DNA from: Anthoceros angustus
Lineage: Eukaryota > Plantae > Anthocerotophyta
Assembly: GCA_010909165.1 (NCBI GenBank)
Contig: VJWM01000025.1
Span: 2,728,001-2,792,000 of the forward strand
Length of the DNA: 64,000 nt
Direction: 5' to 3'
The notes under the pieces are model-generated. The model did no database searches. It was not told the DNA's origin and worked only from the letters and a program-made list of their open reading frames with translations. Shown piece after piece: positions 60,459 to 64,000 of the stretch. Every line of letters begins with the position of its first letter. Positions within the stretch are counted from its first letter, which is position 1. A program made the position numbers and the translations under genes.

Positions 60459-61817
60459 ATGAGACCTTTGTCGAAGAAAGCCACCACGGAGGAAGGGAGA
60501 CCCACCCCGTTTGTCTCCGTGGTAGGCCTTAGCACAATCCTTAATGAGCTATCAAATTCGTTCCCATGACCCCGTGGTCTTGATGGCGGGGATGAAAGCA
60601 TAGCCATCCTCCATAGGCATGTACTTGTATACTTTGGATGTCGAGCATCCTCCGCCGCCCAACCTAAAGGTTGATGATGACGATGCTCAAACATCTCGGG
60701 TAGGGTCCATTCGATGACCTCCGCAATAGATTTGATCCCCCACGGTGAAATAGACCCCTATGTCGAAATGACACGTCATTGAGCGGGGTGTATGGTCGCT
60801 CCTATGCGGAAGAATTCCGCTCTCCTTGGCCATCGAGAACATGACATCGCCATGAGCGGCATCATGCGAACAATACGCGCCCTCCAGTGGGCGAGCCAAG
60901 TAGGACCCAAAGGCGTCGAGGGGCCACCTTGCAAGATGATAGAGAGCGAGCAAAGGTGGACTAAGCCTAGGCAAAACCTCATCGTGGTAGAAGAAGTCAC
61001 GATTGAAAGCCTAGATGCAGCCGAGCCAAAAAGAGCACTCCTTTCCCGAATAAGAGAGGCGAGCATAAGCGGGGAATAGCGAGAATCGGAGAAGGGCACT
61101 CCACCTTGACTGCTTCTTCTCAGTGAGGCGAAGGCCGCCAGCCGTCCAGGCGTGGAAAAAGAGGCATGGCCACCTGGCATCCAAAGATAAGTCCTAGCCA
61201 ACCTTGAAACACACAGGAAGGCCCCTCCTCAACACCTAAGGCAGGGCCTCAAAGATGGGGAATCTGGATTAAGAATCGAGGCCAAGACCCCATGAAGCCC
61301 ACCTCCTAAGGAAGGCCGTTGGTCAGGCCTCCAAGGCCAAGCAAACCGCGCCCCAAAGGCGATAAGGTAGGGACGCTTGTCTATCTAAACCTTCCTCAAG
61401 TACACTCAAAAGTGTCTGGCGCAGTGTCTAGCGCACCCATAACTTGTGCATGAAGGACGGAAAGCTTGAAAGGCGATGGACAACTACGTGGCATATCTCG
61501 CAAAGCCGAGAAAATGGTGCGAAGGCAAAGATCAAGGAGGCAGGTTCATCATCGGAAGACGAGGACACAAGCTTGGATACATGGCGACATTGACCACATC
61601 AAGGGTAAGGGAAGAAACCTATGGCGACTTCGAGAGAAGATAGCTCGAGAGGAACAAGAGGACGTCTTGACACATGGAGTCGGCGGGGCCGAGAAGCTTC
61701 AGGATCTCTTTTCAAACCTATGCCAAGATGACAAAGTCGTTTAAGCCATTGCCAACAAGAGCAACTATGGGAGCAACATCAAAGTCAAAGTGACGATATG
61801 GAGAAACCCATGCAGAC
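60459..61817 (-). mobile_element. RLE-type LINE fragment, copy 3
   Basis: Colinear with copies 1 and 2; same junction to Gypsy gag as copy 2. Confidence 0.72.
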
Positions 61818-64000
61818 TATTAGAATTAGCCTAAAAGCGTTATGTTACAACTATGAACCGCTAAAGTAGTTTTGCATTTTCGGTTCAAGCGGTTAAATAA
61901 CCGTTAACCTTTTTATATAAGATAGTTTCTTTCCATTAATCAATCAACCTTTTTCCTCACATCGCTTTGCTTCTCGTGTTCTCGCTTGTGCTCTTGGTCA
62001 CTTTGGCTCTCTCATGTTGATCCTGCCATAGCTATTCTCTTAGCTTTTATGGTATCGAGCCTATTTAGATTTGGGCGACTAGCATGGGTGCCAACGCATC
62101 CGACACCACAATCTTGCCATCTTTAGATCAAGATGCCAAGGCCTTGATTTCTGCGGCCACGAGACCTTGCAGGCCGTCCATGCATAGCTTATTTGGAGCA
62201 AATCCCTTGTTACATTTGCGGATGCATGGACAAGCGGGTGACTTCGTCAGCTGCCGGAGTTGCCGTAAAACTCGCCACCAACCCATGACGCCTTCATCAC
62301 AGTACCCGTGCGACAAGGAGCTTTTCTCATGAAGCCCCAACTCGAGCGTGCTGCGAGGACCTCGGCATCTCTCCACAAAGAGCTTTCGGCATTGCGGTCG
62401 TCGTGTGTCTGGGAAGCATTTATCGAAGTTGTTGGACGGCATCAAGGCCCTCCACTTGTTTTGTGAAGAGCGATGCATGAAGGACCTCATGCCCGTAATC
62501 CTTCGTACTTGTCATCAAGCGTCTTGCACCATGTTGTAGCTCTCTCTCTTCTGTTTATGACAGATAATTCAGATTCTGATGATGAATTGGTCGTGGACAT
62601 TTCATCCCTCTTTCTTGAACCTACCTCTCATACTGCGTGGGACTTCTCCCCACGCAACCTTTTAGAATTAGAGAGCAACTACTTCAAAGCTGTCACGATA
62701 GAGTTCTAAATCACGAAATCATGTGGAGTTTTCACCAAGTGTTCTGTAGTCCCTCTTTGAAAATTGAGTTCGGGACAAGGATAGGTTTAATGGTACAGTT
62801 ACAACATCCGGGCCATGAGGTGACAAATCTTTGAGGAGAATGAGCTGTTGACCATTGTAGATGGCAGAACCCAGGTGACAACACCTGTTAGAACCCGAAG
62901 AAATCCTAGCACAGGAGGCGTAAGGATAGGCGTGCTCGTTCTATACTCATTCTTTAGATAGAAATGTGATGCCACACACCATAGATGCCAAAACCTCGGC
63001 GGATGTGTGGAAAGTTTTCGATCTATATATCGGACAGAGTTGGCGTCCACGGTGCATGCGCAGAGACTTCTTCAATTTGAGGATGCGGGACAATGAGCAC
63101 GTTGAGGCTTATATCAACAAGTTTAGGACTCTTAGTGCTAATCTTGCCTATTGTGGCAGATCTTGTGAAGTTCAAGCGACTATAAGTATCTTGGCTTCAC
63201 TTCGGAAAGTTATCAGCACTTTGTTGGCGATTAGAATGCCACAATACATCTTTCTTGTTCAGCGGCTACTAAACGAGGCAACTCGAGGTAATTGGCCCTT
63301 ATATCCGAGGAGCGCACAAGGAGTTTTCACAAACCAAAGGGCTCTACTTCCAACAACACAAGAGTATTGTTTACATCAAGAGGCCGAGGCGGCTTAGGTC
63401 GAGGTAGAGGACGTGGTTCCTACTCGAACCCACAACGAGATGTAATCAACAAGAAGACTTTTGTGTGCTGGCGGTGTAAGATTCCAGCCATTATGAGCAG
63501 GATCGTAAGAAGAAAGGAGGAGAGCCAGTAGCGATCATCCTCCGAGCAACGTCACCATCGGCAAGGCTAAGCAGCCCACTATCACGGCGGTTTGTTTATC
63601 GTCCACACAAGTACAATCGACACATGGTTTCTCGATTCGAGCCACAAGTCATATTTGCTTTCAGGCGTGCTTTTTCTTCTTTCACTCCTTCTGCGATGCC
63701 AAGCAGTTTGTCTTATTAGGGGCGATAGTGGACTTTCTATCAAAGGTTGGGTTACATTATCATTTCCTTGCACGACTCTTCAAGCCTTACACTCACAAAG
63801 GTTCTCTATGTCCCTTCCATGACTAAGAACACGATGTCATCTGAAGTTGTCACGGGAACATTCTGCCAGTGTGTTTTGATCGGCAAGGGTGCTACGTTAC
63901 AAACTCAAGTTAGGGCATCATCTTTCTCGGGCTCACCTTCTCACGATCTGTACCTCTGAGCGTCAAGGCGTGTTAGGTTCTACTCAATCAGTTCATTCAC
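61818..64000 (+). mobile_element. Ty1/Copia 5' part (LTR 61818-62049, PBS, gag, PR), copy 3, cut by window end
   Basis: tattagaattagcc at 61818; PBS at 62050; gag HTIDAKTSADVWK..DFFNLRMRDNEHVEAYINKF; protease TWFLDSSHKS at about 63625. Confidence 0.9.

Larger units (their letters stand above)
24663..64000. repeat. Tandem macro-array of a LINE/Copia/Gypsy composite unit (16,968 and 18,828 bp; third copy truncated by the window edge)
   Basis: Same anchors recur in the same order: atggagacc..tgtcgaaagaaagcc at 24663/41631/60459; tattagaattagcc at 26052/43000/61818; tggtatcgagcc at 26281/43226/62050; atcgt|tgtagacttgag at 30967/46467. Confidence 0.93.

Noticed and set aside
24400-64000. Numerous 60-280 aa ORFs in the repeat block as host genes
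   Set aside because: They are frameshift fragments or antisense shadows of LINE, Copia and Gypsy coding sequence and recur with the array period.

Overview
Eukaryotic (land-plant) genomic DNA in two sharply different halves. Bases 1-24.3 kb are gene-dense, with short GT-AG introns (mostly 70-110 nt, suggesting by inference a compact-genome non-seed plant such as a hornwort or lycophyte). In order they hold: the frameshifted 3' end of a receptor-kinase paralogue; a malectin-like/LRR receptor-like kinase whose kinase domain looks catalytically degenerate; a plasma-membrane H+-ATPase (penultimate-Thr type); ALKBH2 (N-terminal PIP box, Cys-rich insert); a fatty-acid 2-hydroxylase that carries an N-terminal cytochrome b5 domain, head-to-head with RAR1; ClpS; an 8-unit conserved-core/variable-spacer minisatellite; and a cytosolic-clade SHMT with an in-frame N-terminal extension. 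From about 24.4 kb to the window end there are no host genes. This part is a tandem array of a 17-19 kb unit (starts near 24663, 41631 and 60459; the third is cut by the window edge). Each unit is three nested retroelement pieces: an RLE-type non-LTR (LINE) 3' fragment, the 5' half of a Ty1/Copia (LTR-PBS-gag-PR-INT), and a reverse-oriented Ty3/Gypsy (3' LTR, extra ORF, INT-RH-RT-PR, partial gag). Units 2 and 3 share the same LINE/gag junction. The repeat half is full of 1-3 nt indels and local duplications while the genes are clean, so part of its apparent decay may be assembly or consensus error. No CRISPR, rRNA or tRNA genes are supported. Family assignments are from recognition of translated motifs; no database search was run.
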